From contig OZ024743.1 in the NCBI GenBank assembly GCA_964016885.1, forward strand, positions 200,508,001-200,572,000: DNA of 64,000 nucleotides. Direction: 5' to 3'. This DNA is from Eledone cirrhosa. Lineage: Eukaryota. Made by a program: the position numbers and the translations under genes. The notes below the pieces were generated by a model. That model had not been told where the DNA came from. It did no database searches and worked only from the letters and a program-made list of their open reading frames with translations. This document shows positions 1 to 14,511 of this stretch, piece after piece. How positions within the stretch are numbered: the stretch's first letter is position 1; each line of letters begins with the position of its first letter.

Positions 1-424
1 TTGAAATAAATACGCACAAGTATATTTCAGCGCCTTTACAGAAATATTCTTGTCGTATTCCAGTGGTAATTATGAGATGCACCGACAATATTTCAGCTAC
101 GATGCTGTAGCAAATAATACCCTAGTTTAAACTGATTGCAAATTAAATTAATTTTGGGCTTAGATTAAATGTTTGCTTAGTTCATTTCAAGTTTATTAAT
201 TAGCCCAAATATTGTGATATATATTTGATTTGATTGTATGGTCGGGTTAGCAAATTGGTGTCGAAGGCAGTAAAAAAAACAGAACGACATCGAGAGAAAG
301 AGAAAGTGTGTGTGTGTGTGTGAATGTTGTGAGTCATTATTTGGAAACGACAGATGGAAGTTAGAATTACCAGGGAACGTTGTATGTGTGTATGAGTGTG
401 TATGTATGTATGTGTGTGTGCGTC

Positions 425-464
<40 letters not shown>

Positions 465-935
465 CGCGCGTGTGTGTGTGTGTTACAAATACCGGAAGTA
501 CACTAGCATGTATCATTGGCTTGTAGATTACGGTCCATAATTGTACCATAGTATGAAGTGAAAATATTTTATAGCTAGCTCTTAATGGAGTCTTTGTGTG
601 ATCGCGAAAAACATCGTGTTCTTGTAGTTATGGAAAGAAAATCAGCCTAGCGGAAGGTCAACGCTCTTCGTGGCATTAACTGGGGTTAGGTAATCACTGG
701 TACGTGATGTGAAGTGAAGTGAAATGGAGTGGAAGGATTCAACCAGGAATTGAGATAGAACTGCAAACAGACACAGTTTGTCGTGTACAGCTACGATTGT
801 TCTTTAGTTTTCGCATAGATTATAAAAGATTATGACCAGATATCGGTGGGAGGACTCGTATTTGGTCACGCTCTTTTAAACTAACAGATGTATGAACATG
901 TGTTTGGAGAAATATTTCGCTTTTAAACCATCAAG

Positions 936-1012
936 GTACCTGTTTCGACCCTACTGAACGGAACAAACAACTTGAACTTTATGAGCGATGGAAATATGAA
1001 GACAATCCAATT
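936..1012 (+). CDS. Putative internal exon A of an unidentified gene (VPVSTLLNGTNNLNFMSDGNMKTIQ-L)
   Basis: Weak acceptor ttttaaaccatcaag, open frame, donor TT|gtgggc. It ends in phase 2, matching the phase-2 start of the exon at 5135. Confidence 0.35.
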
Positions 1013-1023
1013 GTGGGCGTGTT

Positions 1024-1099
<76 letters not shown>

Positions 1100-1838
1100 T
1101 GTGAAGAAATAACACAAACACAGGGATGCTGAAGCACAAAATCTTAGGATCACACTAAGGAGGAAATAGAGGAAGGTTCTGACCTTCGGACGGAAGTTCT
1201 TCATCAAGAAATGGAGAGTTCGATGAGAGAGAGAGAGAGAAGATGTAGGCACATGAGATTTTGGAAATGGTGGTTAAGAAGGTTGGTGTGGTAGGTGAGT
1301 GGTCCGGCATTCGTGAGTGGAGGGTCGAGGTGTATCATCGTTGTGGTTGCGAGTGTGCCGATGGGGTGAAATTGGTAGGTGCGCATATTGCTACTGTCTG
1401 TGTGTGTGTGAGAACAGATGCGTGTCTCTGAATCGTATATTATTGGTGAGTGCCCACTGGTGTGTGTGTGTGGGATATCCAGGGGATAGATTAAGTCCAG
1501 CTAGGAAATGAATTCAGAACGCAAAGATTCGAGTTTTCTCTAGTAAGAAATATTTTAAAGGAAATAGAAAACAAATAATGTAAGAAGATGCGAAGGTAGG
1601 TGAGAGTAGAAGTAAGAGACGGTAAAAAGTAGAATAGAAAGTACCAGTAAGAAGGAGAGAAGTAAAACATTGATTTAGCACTGTGGTAACAATGGTTCCA
1701 AAACTGCCTGATACTCAGACCAGTGTTGTCACAACAAAAACGTCATCGGATCTGTTGACAAAATAGTCAGACACGAACAAGGGTAGAGAACGTCCAATCG
1801 GACATTCTGAACCTTCTGCAGACACACACACACACACG

Positions 1839-1873
<35 letters not shown>

Positions 1874-1877
<4 letters not shown>

Positions 1878-2012
1878 ATAATAATAAATGTATATATATA
1901 AAGATATATAGTAATAATAATAATAAATAATATATATAGTAAAAATAAAATCCAAAGAGGGCTCGGTAAGGGTGAAAGCAGCGATTTTTGCTTAAACTTT
2001 AATTTATTTTAA
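1874..2012. mobile_element. Internally deleted copy of the PLE 3'-end fold-back element (family of 9036-9259 and 25031-25193)
   Basis: Shares aaaatccaaagagggctcg and taagggtgaaagcagcgatt...gcttaaactttaat with 9036-9259. The hairpin left arm is missing, with taagg microhomology at the join. Flanked by (TA)n. Confidence 0.7.
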
Positions 2013-2034
2013 TATATATATATATATATATATA

Positions 2035-3185
<1,151 letters not shown>

Positions 3186-3330
3186 CGAGAGGGAGGGAGA
3201 GAAAGAGGAGCTAGAGAGATAGAAAGAGAGGTAGATTGACTGATTGTTTGGTGCAAGCATACATACGTACACACATGCGTATCTAGATGCATGTTTAGAT
3301 ACACGCATGCGTTCATGCAAACATACATGC

Positions 3331-3426
<96 letters not shown>

Positions 3427-3613
3427 TTGTGTGTTTGTGTATAGAACAAGTAACAAGAATGACAACTTCACAGTTAAAGAACTAACATTTATTATATAAT
3501 TGACACGTATATATATATATATATATATATAGTTGATAAATAAAACAAAACAAATACAGAGATGCATAAATACAAAGTCATATTAAGTTCACCCTTAGAG
3601 GAAATGGAGGAGA

Positions 3614-3650
3614 GTTCTACGTTTCAGACGAAAGACGTTCGTCAGGAATT
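3614..3650 (-). ncRNA. Minimal PLE-type hammerhead ribozyme motif (imperfect)
   Basis: Minus strand AAUUC-CUGACGA-acgucuuucgucu-GAAAC-GUA^GAAC. Loopless palindromic stem III (ACGU), as in dimeric PLE HHRs. Stem II is not flush with the core. Confidence 0.5.
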
Positions 3651-3933
3651 TTGGATAGGGAAAGGACAGATAGGTATATGAAAGTGGTTACGTGAAAACT
3701 AGAAAAGTTTGTTAGAAAAGATTAGTAGATCGGGGTTGGTAGGCGAGAGGTCTGGCATTCGGGAGTAGGGGCCGAAGTGGAGGCTCCAGCTGTGTCTTGG
3801 GTGTGGTTGTGTGTTTGCGCGTGAGTGTGTGTGTGTTTGGCGTGTGTGTGCATGTGACATTTTTCTATTATTTCTATGTATGCGTCTACGTGTGTATGTG
3901 TGTATGGGTGTCTCCACACACACACAGATATAT

Positions 3934-4030
<97 letters not shown>

Positions 4031-5002
4031 CACTCACACCACACATACACGCACACATACATATTTGTATTTCTATACACATAAACACAATTATAACGAT
4101 GTCAATATGTTCATGTGTTTAATTAATTCTAACAGTTGAACTTGAACCTACAATATTTTGCCTTGAACATGGCATATTGCCGCAGGAAATACCATTAATA
4201 TTGGAAGTCTAAGTCAGTTCAGTAAATTGAAATTAAATAGTTTTTCGATTATTTCCTGTTGGTGTCACAGTTTCCTGCGTAAAGGATTGTTTTTGTCCGG
4301 CTAATTCATTGCAATTCACAGCCCTTGAGACCCAAGAGCTATGACTACAAAACTACTGGAATGGACCTCCGTCAGTTTCGATGTTGAGTTTTCAGTTGTT
4401 CGATGAATTGAGCAGCATGCAGGTGAGTTCATGTGTACGTGCATGAGCATTGTATAAACACTTGTAGTTTTATCGTAAATCTCAGACAGACTCAGCAAGA
4501 CAGATTGTGTGACAAGGCTGGCCTGGCCCTTTAAATGACAGACACAGTTCATTCAGCAGCTTACTAAATGATTTCCACCCCACAATTTCTCCCATAGAGC
4601 ATGGACCAACCAGAGGCTATGATAAATGAATAAATAACACATGCCCAAATGGGATTGAACCTGGGACCAAATGATTGGAAAACAAACTTGTTAAACATTC
4701 AGTCATGTTGCACACTTACACAACTACTGCTGATTTTTTTGTCCCCTTTGAATTGTTGAAAGAATAGAGTCGCTAGAACGTCAGATAGAATAGTTTGCGA
4801 CATTCGTTCGGGCTCTTTGCCCTCTGAGTTCAAATCTCGCTGAGGTTAACTTTGCCTTTTATTCCTTCGTGGTCGATAAAAACTGTAACAGAATCGTACT
4901 GATGTCTACTTTCTTTCTATAGATTTCTTCCTATATATATATATATTTCTCTCCCTCACATTCGTAGCTACAGAGTTCTTAACGACGCATCTATGAATGC
5001 GC

Positions 5003-5090
<88 letters not shown>

Positions 5091-5134
5091 AAGAAGAAGA
5101 AGAAGAAGAAGAAGAAGAATTCGGGTGTTTTCAG

Positions 5135-5219
5135 ATCTGGAAAAGGATCGCCACGTCCAGGTTTAAATGACAAAGACACACGGTATATCCTGACGGCACA
5201 CCTACACCTCGATGATGAG
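5135..5219 (+). CDS. Putative exon B (SGKGSPRPGLNDKDTRYILTAHLHLDDE)
   Basis: Acceptor gttttcag|, consensus donor GAG|gtaagt, 85 nt, open from phase 2 to phase 0. Confidence 0.6.
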
Positions 5220-5778
5220 GTAAGTGCTCAAGCATGCATAAATGCATGCACGAGAGAGTGATTTAACAACCAAGCTCTGACGGACATATTTTTTCAAAGT
5301 TTTGTATAATATTCTTTAAGCCACTCTATCTTTGTTCACAATATATTTGCATAATATATTTTCTTCAATATTGTTTATGTGTAACAAGGAAGACAGAGAT
5401 ATCATTGATAATCTTTTTCGAAAGTTGATTTTTATCTTTTCGAATCGTTTTGGAAAATATTTTTCCTACATTCAACTATAAAGTATGAACATTTCCATTG
5501 ACCAACATTCTCCCGTGAACCTCATAAAAAGTTTGATACCAAATATCAGCTCTTTCTCGATATTATGGATAAATCTAGTGTAGATCATGAAGACACCAAC
5601 AAAGAAGTTATGTTATATTTGTGTTTCTTGTTGTTATAGATATTGACATAAAACATTTGGATTTATATAAATTGAATGACAGTATATTTCATACCAAAAT
5701 ATACAGATTCACAGACTCTCTTCGTTTTGTGTTCTTTTTTAAATATTTATTATTTCGGGGCAATCATTGTACTTTCAG

Positions 5779-5817
5779 TGTCCATGGAACTTGTCTAGTG
5801 ATGATGGTTTGCCGATG
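5779..5817 (+). CDS. Putative exon C (CPWNLSSDDGLPM)
   Basis: Acceptor tactttcag|, donor ATG|gtagga, 39 nt, phase 0-0, fits between exons B and D. Confidence 0.5.
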
Positions 5818-5899
5818 GTAGGAGTAAACGTTAAGATTTTGAGGTGCTTGTAGTAGCAACAGCATCGGTTTTTATGTACGCGTTTCATTCACATGAAAG

Positions 5900-6215
5900 G
5901 AAATTGAGGCTTTATAGGGATTCGCTGCTTTGCAGTAAATCATATACAACGGGAAAGTAGTGAATAGGTTCACACTCAGGGATTCCATTAATGTAAAGAT
6001 TAAAGCTAAGGGAGTGTACATCCCATTGGCAGTAAGGATAATGGGTAGTCTGTGGATCTCTTTGGATGTCAGCATGAACCTGCCCTTATATCGCAACGTC
6101 TCATTTCATTCCTTCTATATACTGTTTTGTTTTCATTTTTCATAATTGATTTTATTTAAATTCCCTCACAGTTGTCACACTTGTGCCAAATAAAAAGAAA
6201 TCATCATCATCACCA
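5900..6215 (+). mobile_element. Possible decayed 3' end of a Tx1/L1-like LINE
   Basis: Ends in aataaaaagaaatcatcatcatc, the same tail type as the Tx1-like 3' end at 56560. Upstream coding similarity is weak. Confidence 0.3.
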
Positions 6216-6331
6216 ACATAATCTTTGTCACTCTATGTTCTGACCTCAACTTCCGCTGAAGTTAGCTTTGCCTTTTATTCTTACGGGCTCGCTAAAATAT
6301 AGTACCAGTGGTGCTATATTTTAGCGAGCCC

Positions 6332-6458
6332 GAAGAAGAAGAAGAAGAAGAAGAAGAAGAAGAAGAAGAAGAAGAAGAAGAAGAAGAAGAAGAAGAAGAA
6401 GAAGAAGAAGAAGAAGAAGAAGAAGAAGAAGAAGAAGAAGAAGAAGAAGAAGAAGAAG

Positions 6459-6488
<30 letters not shown>
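6332..6488 (+). repeat. (GAA)n microsatellite, ~52 units
   Basis: Direct inspection; it explains the poly-E ORF. Confidence 0.95.
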
Positions 6489-6489
<1 letters not shown>

Positions 6490-7287
6490 TTTTTTAAATC
6501 AAATCTACATATTACTATTATTTTGTTATTTATAAGGATGGTTTGTTAGCAGACTCAAAAAAAATATGCGGTATTTCGATTCCTTACGTTGTGACTACAA
6601 ACCCAGATGAGGTCAGCTTCGACTTTTATCCTACCGGAATAAATAAAATATCAGTTAGGTAGAGGAGTCGATATAATCGACTTTCTATCCTTTCCCTCAA
6701 AATTGCTGGCCTTGTACTTAAATTAGAAAGCATTATCTTATTAAGAATATATCTTGTAGACATGACAGCCATCTGGATATGATTCGGAATCAGATGTGGC
6801 TTGAAAATGTAGTTTGAAAATGTGTCTTTGTGTGGGAGGTTTTTTTAATGTTGGGTTAAAATAATAAGTGATGAATAGACATTAAATTGTACATGAATCT
6901 TTGATCATAGTCGCTTTAGTTTCAACCAAAATAATAGCGGGAATATTCTTTTACACAAGAAAGCACTAACAGTATCATTGTTGTTTAGCCATTTGTCATC
7001 CCTAATCAAAGACATTCCAATAATGACCAAAACGTTGGGATTTTTTTCCAGATATAGTATATTTAGGTTTATATAATATAGATAATATAAAACCTATTTT
7101 ATAGACAATATGGAAAGAATTGTGGGAACTGGTGGCAGAGTCGTTTTAAAATTTGGGTAAAATAAGTTCAAATCTCACTTGCAGTTCAAACCCCGCCGCC
7201 TTTAACTTTGTCTTTCATCCTTTCGGAACAAACCATAATGTAATAAGTTAAATAAGCACTCAGCTTTATGCTAATCATCCATCGTAG

Positions 7288-7385
7288 ATGTGGTATCCTG
7301 TGGCTGATGCAGGAACCTACTTAAATACTTATTTAAAAACAACAGAAGATCGGAGATGGTTTGCCACAACAATAACACCGAATTG
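7288..7385 (+). CDS. Putative exon D (MWYPVADAGTYLNTYLKTTEDRRWFATTITPN-C)
   Basis: Branch-like ctaat plus catccatcgtag| acceptor, donor TG|gtgagc, 98 nt, open from phase 0 to phase 2. Confidence 0.6.
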
Positions 7386-7724
7386 GTGAGCCATCTCCGA
7401 ATCAACTCTATTCTCTATTCTCTGTTTGTGTTTGCCGTAATCCTGTTTTGGATTACCTAATTTTACAATCCACACCTGATGACCCCGCAAAAGCCGTATA
7501 TCATAATCTGATGATTTAACTAGTCTATAGACATAGGTATTGTGTTTTTGCAACATTAAAAGAATATTTCGAGTCCGGCCTTCTGTTGTTTATATATATA
7601 TATTTTGAATTGAGATTGAATTATTTTCCCATATCTTACGTTAAATATTTTCCATCTTGACGTAATAGTCACTTATATGTATAAATTACTGTTGGCTTCT
7701 TGTTCACATTAATTTCTCTATTTC

Positions 7725-8432
<708 letters not shown>

Positions 8433-8452
8433 AAATGAAGAGAAATTAATTA

Positions 8453-8638
8453 GTGAATTGGCAGTATCGGTAGAGGGTCGGACGCCATGCTTTGACGCAT
8501 AGAGTTACGGCCCTTGCCATTCTGAGTTCAAATCCCGCCGAGGTTAACTTTGCCTTTCATCCTTACGGGGTCGATAAAATAAAGTACCAGTAATACACTG
8601 GGAAATTGCTGGCCTTGTGCCAAAAGTAGAAACAATTA
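8453..8638 (+). mobile_element. tRNA-derived SINE, family A (Meta/MESC-like core), representative full copy
   Basis: A-box-like tggcagtatcgg, B-box gagttcaaatcc, core actttgcctttcatccttacggggtcgataaaataaagtaccag, tail agaaacaattat. More than 25 copies in the window, e.g. 30861-31512, 35992-36180, 38166-39685, 44490-44675, 53709-53877, 56600-57745. Confidence 0.9.
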
Positions 8639-8742
8639 TATATATATATATAACCAAAAGTTTATATTGTTCGTTGATTATTCAACGAATACAATTTTAC
8701 AATAGATTAGAAGCACTCGACAAGAATCTATCTGGAGTATTT

Positions 8743-8989
8743 AATATTATTAAAAATATTAATAAATTAAGAATATTCTCATAACCAAAATATATATTTT
8801 ATTATACATATTTCAAAGGTACAATGGTGTTTCAGTACGTTTTCATCAGATAAAATATGAGAGATTGGATATGCGACATACCGCTAAGGTTTTGATTATT
8901 CAATTCGTGTAGTGGTACCACTACAAGAAATATGTATAATAAAATATATATTTTGGTTATGAGAATATTTTTAATTTATTAATATTTTT

Positions 8990-8997
<8 letters not shown>
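8743..8997. mobile_element. Fold-back PLE-derived mini-element carrying an HHR
   Basis: Inverted arms 8743-8814 and 8927-8997. The right arm begins exactly at the GAAA of the HHR. Small filler palindrome tgtagtggtaccactaca at the junction. Flanked by (TA)n. Confidence 0.75.
8795..8857 (-). ncRNA. Type I hammerhead ribozyme
   Basis: Minus strand UAUUUUAU-CUGAUGA-AAACGUAC..GUACCUUU-GAAAU-AUGU-AUA^AUAAAAUA, with an 8-bp stem I. Related to the HHRs at 59723 and 60446. Confidence 0.8.
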
Positions 8998-9035
<38 letters not shown>

Positions 9036-9039
<4 letters not shown>

Positions 9040-9259
9040 ATAATAATAAATTTGAAGACTAAAATCCAAAGAGGGCTCGATAAGGATAAATATATATCAA
9101 ATATATAAAAACCGTAGAGTAAATATTTATTAAAAGAACAGATTAAAGTTTAAGTAAAGAATCCCTGATTTCACCCTTAACGGGATCTTCTGAAGATCCC
9201 GTTAAGGGTGAAAGCAGCGATTCTTTGCTTAAATTTTAATCTGTTATTTTAATAAATAT
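9036..9259. mobile_element. Fold-back copy of the 3' terminus of the Hydra-like PLE at 25031-28267
   Basis: 9036-9193 matches 25032-25190. Palindrome 9123-9190 / 9192-9259 centred on t9191, inside the HHR core. Flanked by (TA)n. Confidence 0.85.
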
Positions 9260-9783
9260 ATATATATATATATATTCAGAGCCAATGACTTTCATATCAT
9301 ACCCAGTACTTTTTTTTATTGAGCTTGGCTGGACGAAAGGCAAACCCGGACTATGAACTTAAATATCATAACTAAATATTAGAAGCCAATTAAGCTGATA
9401 TTCTATATATCTAGCATGCACCCCCACCCTCCACTTCCTACCACTGCCTAGATATTAAAAGCAGACATAAAGCATTAATAAAAAAAATCACATGATAAAT
9501 ATTGGTTTGTCCACCATGTAACAAAACATACTAACGGGTTTGTGTCAACATAACTATAACATAATTTCGTGTTGACAGCTAAAAGACTGGCTGCCAGGTG
9601 ACAAAAACAAATCAGTTGTTTATTTTGTTTTTCTTTAATTCTGCCTTTAATTCTTTTTCCTTCTTTTTTTCTTTCTTCCTTTCTTTCTTTTTGCAACTTC
9701 TGTCTTGAATTTATTGAAACAGATTAAATATCGTTTTTGGCGCTTATATACAACGTATATATGACATGTATATATATATTTGT

Positions 9784-10748
<965 letters not shown>

Positions 10749-10825
10749 CTGGGTCGATAAAATAAAGTACCAGAAATGCACTGGGATAATTGCTGGCCAT
10801 GTGCAAAAAATAGAAACAATTATCA

Positions 10826-11011
10826 TATATATAAAATCGGGTGTAACCGCAGTTAGTAAGAAGGTACTCAATACATTAGTGGAGTGTAAACATCAAATTT
10901 AATATAGAAATGGCTTCTACTGAACTAGAACTGTTTCATTCAAAAGAAATGAAGAAACCTTTGAATGAAACACTTTTAGCCTGAAGAAGCCATTTCTATA
11001 TTAAATTTGAT
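10826..11011. mobile_element. Older fold-back element, probably PLE-derived
   Basis: Arms atcaaatttaatatagaaatggcttct / agaagccatttctatattaaatttgat, plus inner gtttcattcaaa / tttgaatgaaac. The centre has a degenerate tgaaga...gaaac core. Related to the arms at 14216-14241 and 14360-14390. Confidence 0.55.
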
Positions 11012-11027
11012 AATATATGTATGTATG

Positions 11028-11136
<109 letters not shown>

Positions 11137-11185
11137 AAAATGGAAGGCAGTACGAACAAAGGTTTATTAGTTTCACGCTCTTCGT

Positions 11186-11217
<32 letters not shown>

Positions 11218-11402
11218 ACGAAGGAATTGTGGTAAGGAACCAGATGGACCATAACGCACCAAAGTACTCAATATTTAGGGTAGTAGAGTGGGTAATAGGA
11301 AAAAGAATGACCCTGACGGCAGAACTCAAGCCGTTTCGACGGCTATTTCTGGAAATAGCCGTCGAAACGGCTTGAGCTCTGACGTCGGTGTCATACTTTT
11401 TC

Positions 11403-11405
<3 letters not shown>
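11218..11405. mobile_element. Fold-back mini-element with HHR 3' half (family shared with 60588-60763)
   Basis: Arms 11296-11349 / 11352-11405, each carrying GAAACGGC-9 nt-G(C/A)CGUC (HHR stem III plus GUC site). Flanked by (TA)n. Confidence 0.75.
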
Positions 11406-11431
<26 letters not shown>

Positions 11432-11434
<3 letters not shown>

Positions 11435-13555
11435 TAGTTAAGCAAAACAAGACCACAAATTTCACAAGGAAGACATTATTAAAAGATTGTCAACATATTT
11501 TAGTTTGATGTAAGGAATGTAGAGAATAATAATAATAATATTAATAATAATGATGTCCGTTTACAATTGTTTCGCTACTCCATATAATATTTCTGGATCA
11601 GATGACTATATATCCTTATTGATCTGGTTCAGTTGAAAATAATTAACATATTTAAAAACAGAGCGGCTCATCGGAACTTCAAAGGAATATAAATTAAAAT
11701 AAGGGGATAATGTTACATAATGTAATGTTCCATATATTGGTATTTCACTATGGTGTCCTTGTTGTATCAGTTGTCAGCCATAATCAATCAGTATTCATCT
11801 GTCGAGGCTGCATTGTGTGAGATCTGCCTATGGGTAACAAGATGGCTGCCAAAGGACATATTTAACTTACTAATTAGAGGGTGGTTTTAGGGGAAATAAC
11901 TCCTCGAGAGATTAGAAATTGTGGGTAGTTTATAGTTAAGTGCTAATTTTAAAATTTTTTAATTGAGAGAAAATGTAGGGGAGTTAACTTATAATTATCT
12001 AAGTTAGTTATAGCTATTTAACTTATTAGCTACAAGTAAAAATGGGGCTAGATGACTATGTTGGGTCAAATATTCTATTGGCGAAGGAAATAGCCCTTCG
12101 ATGTTGACAGCTAATAGTTACCTCCGTTCTATAGTTAATCGGTAGAGGTCGTGATAGAGTTATGTAATATGCTTCGGTAATACAGAGATCACAAGATTTT
12201 CTTCGTCCATTGAACGGTTGGGCCCTAGCCACGATATCCCATTTTAGTGAGTGTTCAATGTTGCTTAATTTAAGGTTTTTAATGAGCCTAGCTAGAGATG
12301 TCGAACATCTGTTGCTAGGGTCTCGGAAGGAAAAAGAGTGCGCGTTATAGCGTACCTTAAAAGGGTTAGAGGTAAACCCGATATAAGAGCTGGTATTCGA
12401 AGCAGTTTTAACCGTGCACCTATAGACTATGTTGGGTGTCAGGCAGTGTCCATTTAATGGGCATGCATTAGGGTAACGGCAGTTGCAGTTGCTTCTGCGG
12501 TTAGTGAGAGTAGCGTAGTTTAACCTAAGTGGTTGGTCAGTGCTAGAAGGATTAGATGGAGGAGGTGTGCGACTAGAGTAATTATTGGTGTAGTGGCGTG
12601 GTGTATTTGATAGTGGTGGTGGTACCGCGGTGTGGGAGTTATACTGTCTTAGTTTATGATGGTTACTGAATGCGATGTGGCTAGCTAGGTTAGGTGTTGT
12701 GGAGAATAAGATTTTAACGTTATTTTTATTAAAGAGTTTGTAATATATATGGTTTGGGGGGGGGGATGTTTAGATAGGATAGAGAAGAAGCGTTTAGGAA
12801 TATTAGTGGCTAGATTAGATGAGAATGGGGGGTTAAGCCAGGTGATATTTCTAGGTCTATTCCTTCTAGGGGTTCTAGTGGAGTTGGTAGGGGCCTTCCT
12901 AGGGTTATTATTACCTGGGGATTTGTTATTTGTCATCCCATTTCTCATTCCTATTCTAGGGTTGATTTTTAGTTTGCTACTTGGAGTGGGGAGCAGGCCG
13001 CTGCCACGATTAAACTTCCCTGTGTAGGTGCTGTTACTGCTAAAATTCCGGCGAATCTGGCTATATGCTAAGGTATTTCTAGTTCTAGTGTTTATTATGG
13101 TGAATTGCTGTGTTATGGCATTTAGGTATGTAGTAAATTGATTGTTCATAACCAGATTCAGAAAGAGCCTTATTATAATATTGTGCATGGTTTATAAATG
13201 TCTCCTCATTTGCTGATAGCATGGAGATCCTATACGAGATAGATTTGATTACTGCTCTGATGACTGCCGGTGGGTGGTTAGAGTGTGGGCTAATATATGT
13301 GAGTATTTCACCTGGTTTATGGTAAGGGTAATATAGGTGAAATTTATGGTCTTGTTTTGCTTAACTAATGAATATTTCCAGCTCTGCGCGCCTAACATCT
13401 GCATGAACCCAGCCACCTAGCTGCTTTCTACTGCATATTGCACATTGAGCACATGCCTTTACACTTTGGCTTCTAACTAATTCACCAATCTCTCTTCTCC
13501 TATCTCCTCTCCTATCTCCATCTCTCTCTTTAAGATTGGTTACTCTTGAACTGTG
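11432..13555 (-). mobile_element. 5'-truncated, decayed Penelope-like element (Hydra-clade-like) with inverted terminal fragment
   Basis: Minus strand reads YYPYHKPGEILTYISPHSNHPP (thumb), RNITWLNPPFS, CNCRYPNACPLNGHCLTPNIVYRC..SSYIGFTSNPFKVRY (CxCx5C + GIY-YIG) and WDIV..CDLC. The 34-bp 3' terminus (11432-11465) recurs inverted at 13337-13370. Inserted in (TA)n. Confidence 0.9.
11559..11677 (-). ncRNA. PLE 3'-UTR hammerhead ribozyme (CCGAUGA core variant, long stem II)
   Basis: GUU-CCGAUGA-GCCGCUC..~80 nt..GAGUAGC-GAAAC-AAUU-GUA^AAC, with palindromic stem III ACAAUUGU. Confidence 0.7.
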
Positions 13556-13574
13556 TATATATATATATATATAC

Positions 13575-13935
13575 CCCAGGTGAGCTTATAAGTTGTGTGT
13601 ATTGGGCTGTTATTTCAGGCCAATCCACTCACACCACTTTTTACTTATGGCACACGAGGTGAAGTATTCACTTTTTTGTGTGACTGTTGACATGAGGTGT
13701 TTGTCGCATTTAATCAGATTCTCTCGCTGATGATGCCCGTGGATTATCTGTTACAAACACACTCAGGGCGAAACAGATTAACCCATAATCTGTCCGGGAG
13801 ATGTAATCGTTATTGAGGCGGTCTATATAAATATTGTTATCATTCTGTCTGCTTCATGGTTGAATATTTCAAACAATTGTGGTTTTTCAACCCTCGTAAT
13901 ATTAGACACACGATTTACTATGTTTATTACTGCAT
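13575..13935 (+). mobile_element. ~360-bp non-coding (TA)n-flanked element with an intact HHR (solo pLTR or retrozyme-like)
   Basis: Bounded by TA runs, no ORF, contains the HHR at 13721-13800. Confidence 0.6.
13721..13800 (+). ncRNA. Intact type I hammerhead ribozyme
   Basis: CUCUCG-CUGAUGA-U-GCCC..GGGC-GAAAC-AGAUUA-accca-UAAUCU-GUC^CGGGAG. All three stems pair; predicted cleavage after 13794. Confidence 0.9.
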
Positions 13936-13947
13936 ATATATATAAAA

Positions 13948-14165
13948 GGAACGATCGACTTTCGTCAAATCGGACCGAGGGAACAATGTTTCCGTTGGTC
14001 TTTCCAATTGCTAATACTATCTATCGGTCGCAACTCCAGGTAGAAGGAGCAACGTGAAATAAAGTGTCTTGCTCAAGGACATAACGCATCACCTGGTCCA
14101 GGAATCGAAGTCACAACCTTACGATTGCGAATCCAATTCCCTAACCACTCAGCCACACGCCTTCA
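13948..14165 (-). mobile_element. tRNA-derived CORE-type SINE (family B)
   Basis: Minus-strand head ggcgtgtggctgagtggttagg...ttcgattcctgg, then CORE-like gtccttgagcaagacactttatttcacgttgctcc. Partial copy at 32363-32510. Confidence 0.75.
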
Positions 14166-14180
14166 CTATATCGCATATAG

Positions 14181-14421
<241 letters not shown>

Positions 14422-14430
14422 ATTTTTCAG

Positions 14431-14511
14431 CCGATCTTCGTATGATAACTCTGCGGTGGATTGCCATTATTTCCAGGGGCAACTCTTCCACTCTCAGTCA
14501 CTTAACCTAAG
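14431..14511 (+). CDS. Putative exon E ([27 protein letters not shown])
   Basis: Acceptor tttttcag|, donor AAG|gtaacc, 81 nt. Only the phase 2-2 frame is open, which is the phase exon D requires. Confidence 0.6.

Noticed and set aside
819-1020. Frame with two in-frame TGA codons (YKRL*PDIGG..DV*TCVW), suggesting Sec or editing-rescued Trp
   Set aside because: No SECIS or homology is visible, two stops in 65 codons is expected by chance, and another frame gives the phase-compatible exon 936-1012.
1718-1752. CCGAUGA..GACAACACUGGUC on the minus strand, resembling an HHR
   Set aside because: No intact GAAA and no convincing stems I or II.
8453-8545. tRNA gene calls from A/B boxes
   Set aside because: These are SINE heads followed by core and tail, with no cloverleaf.
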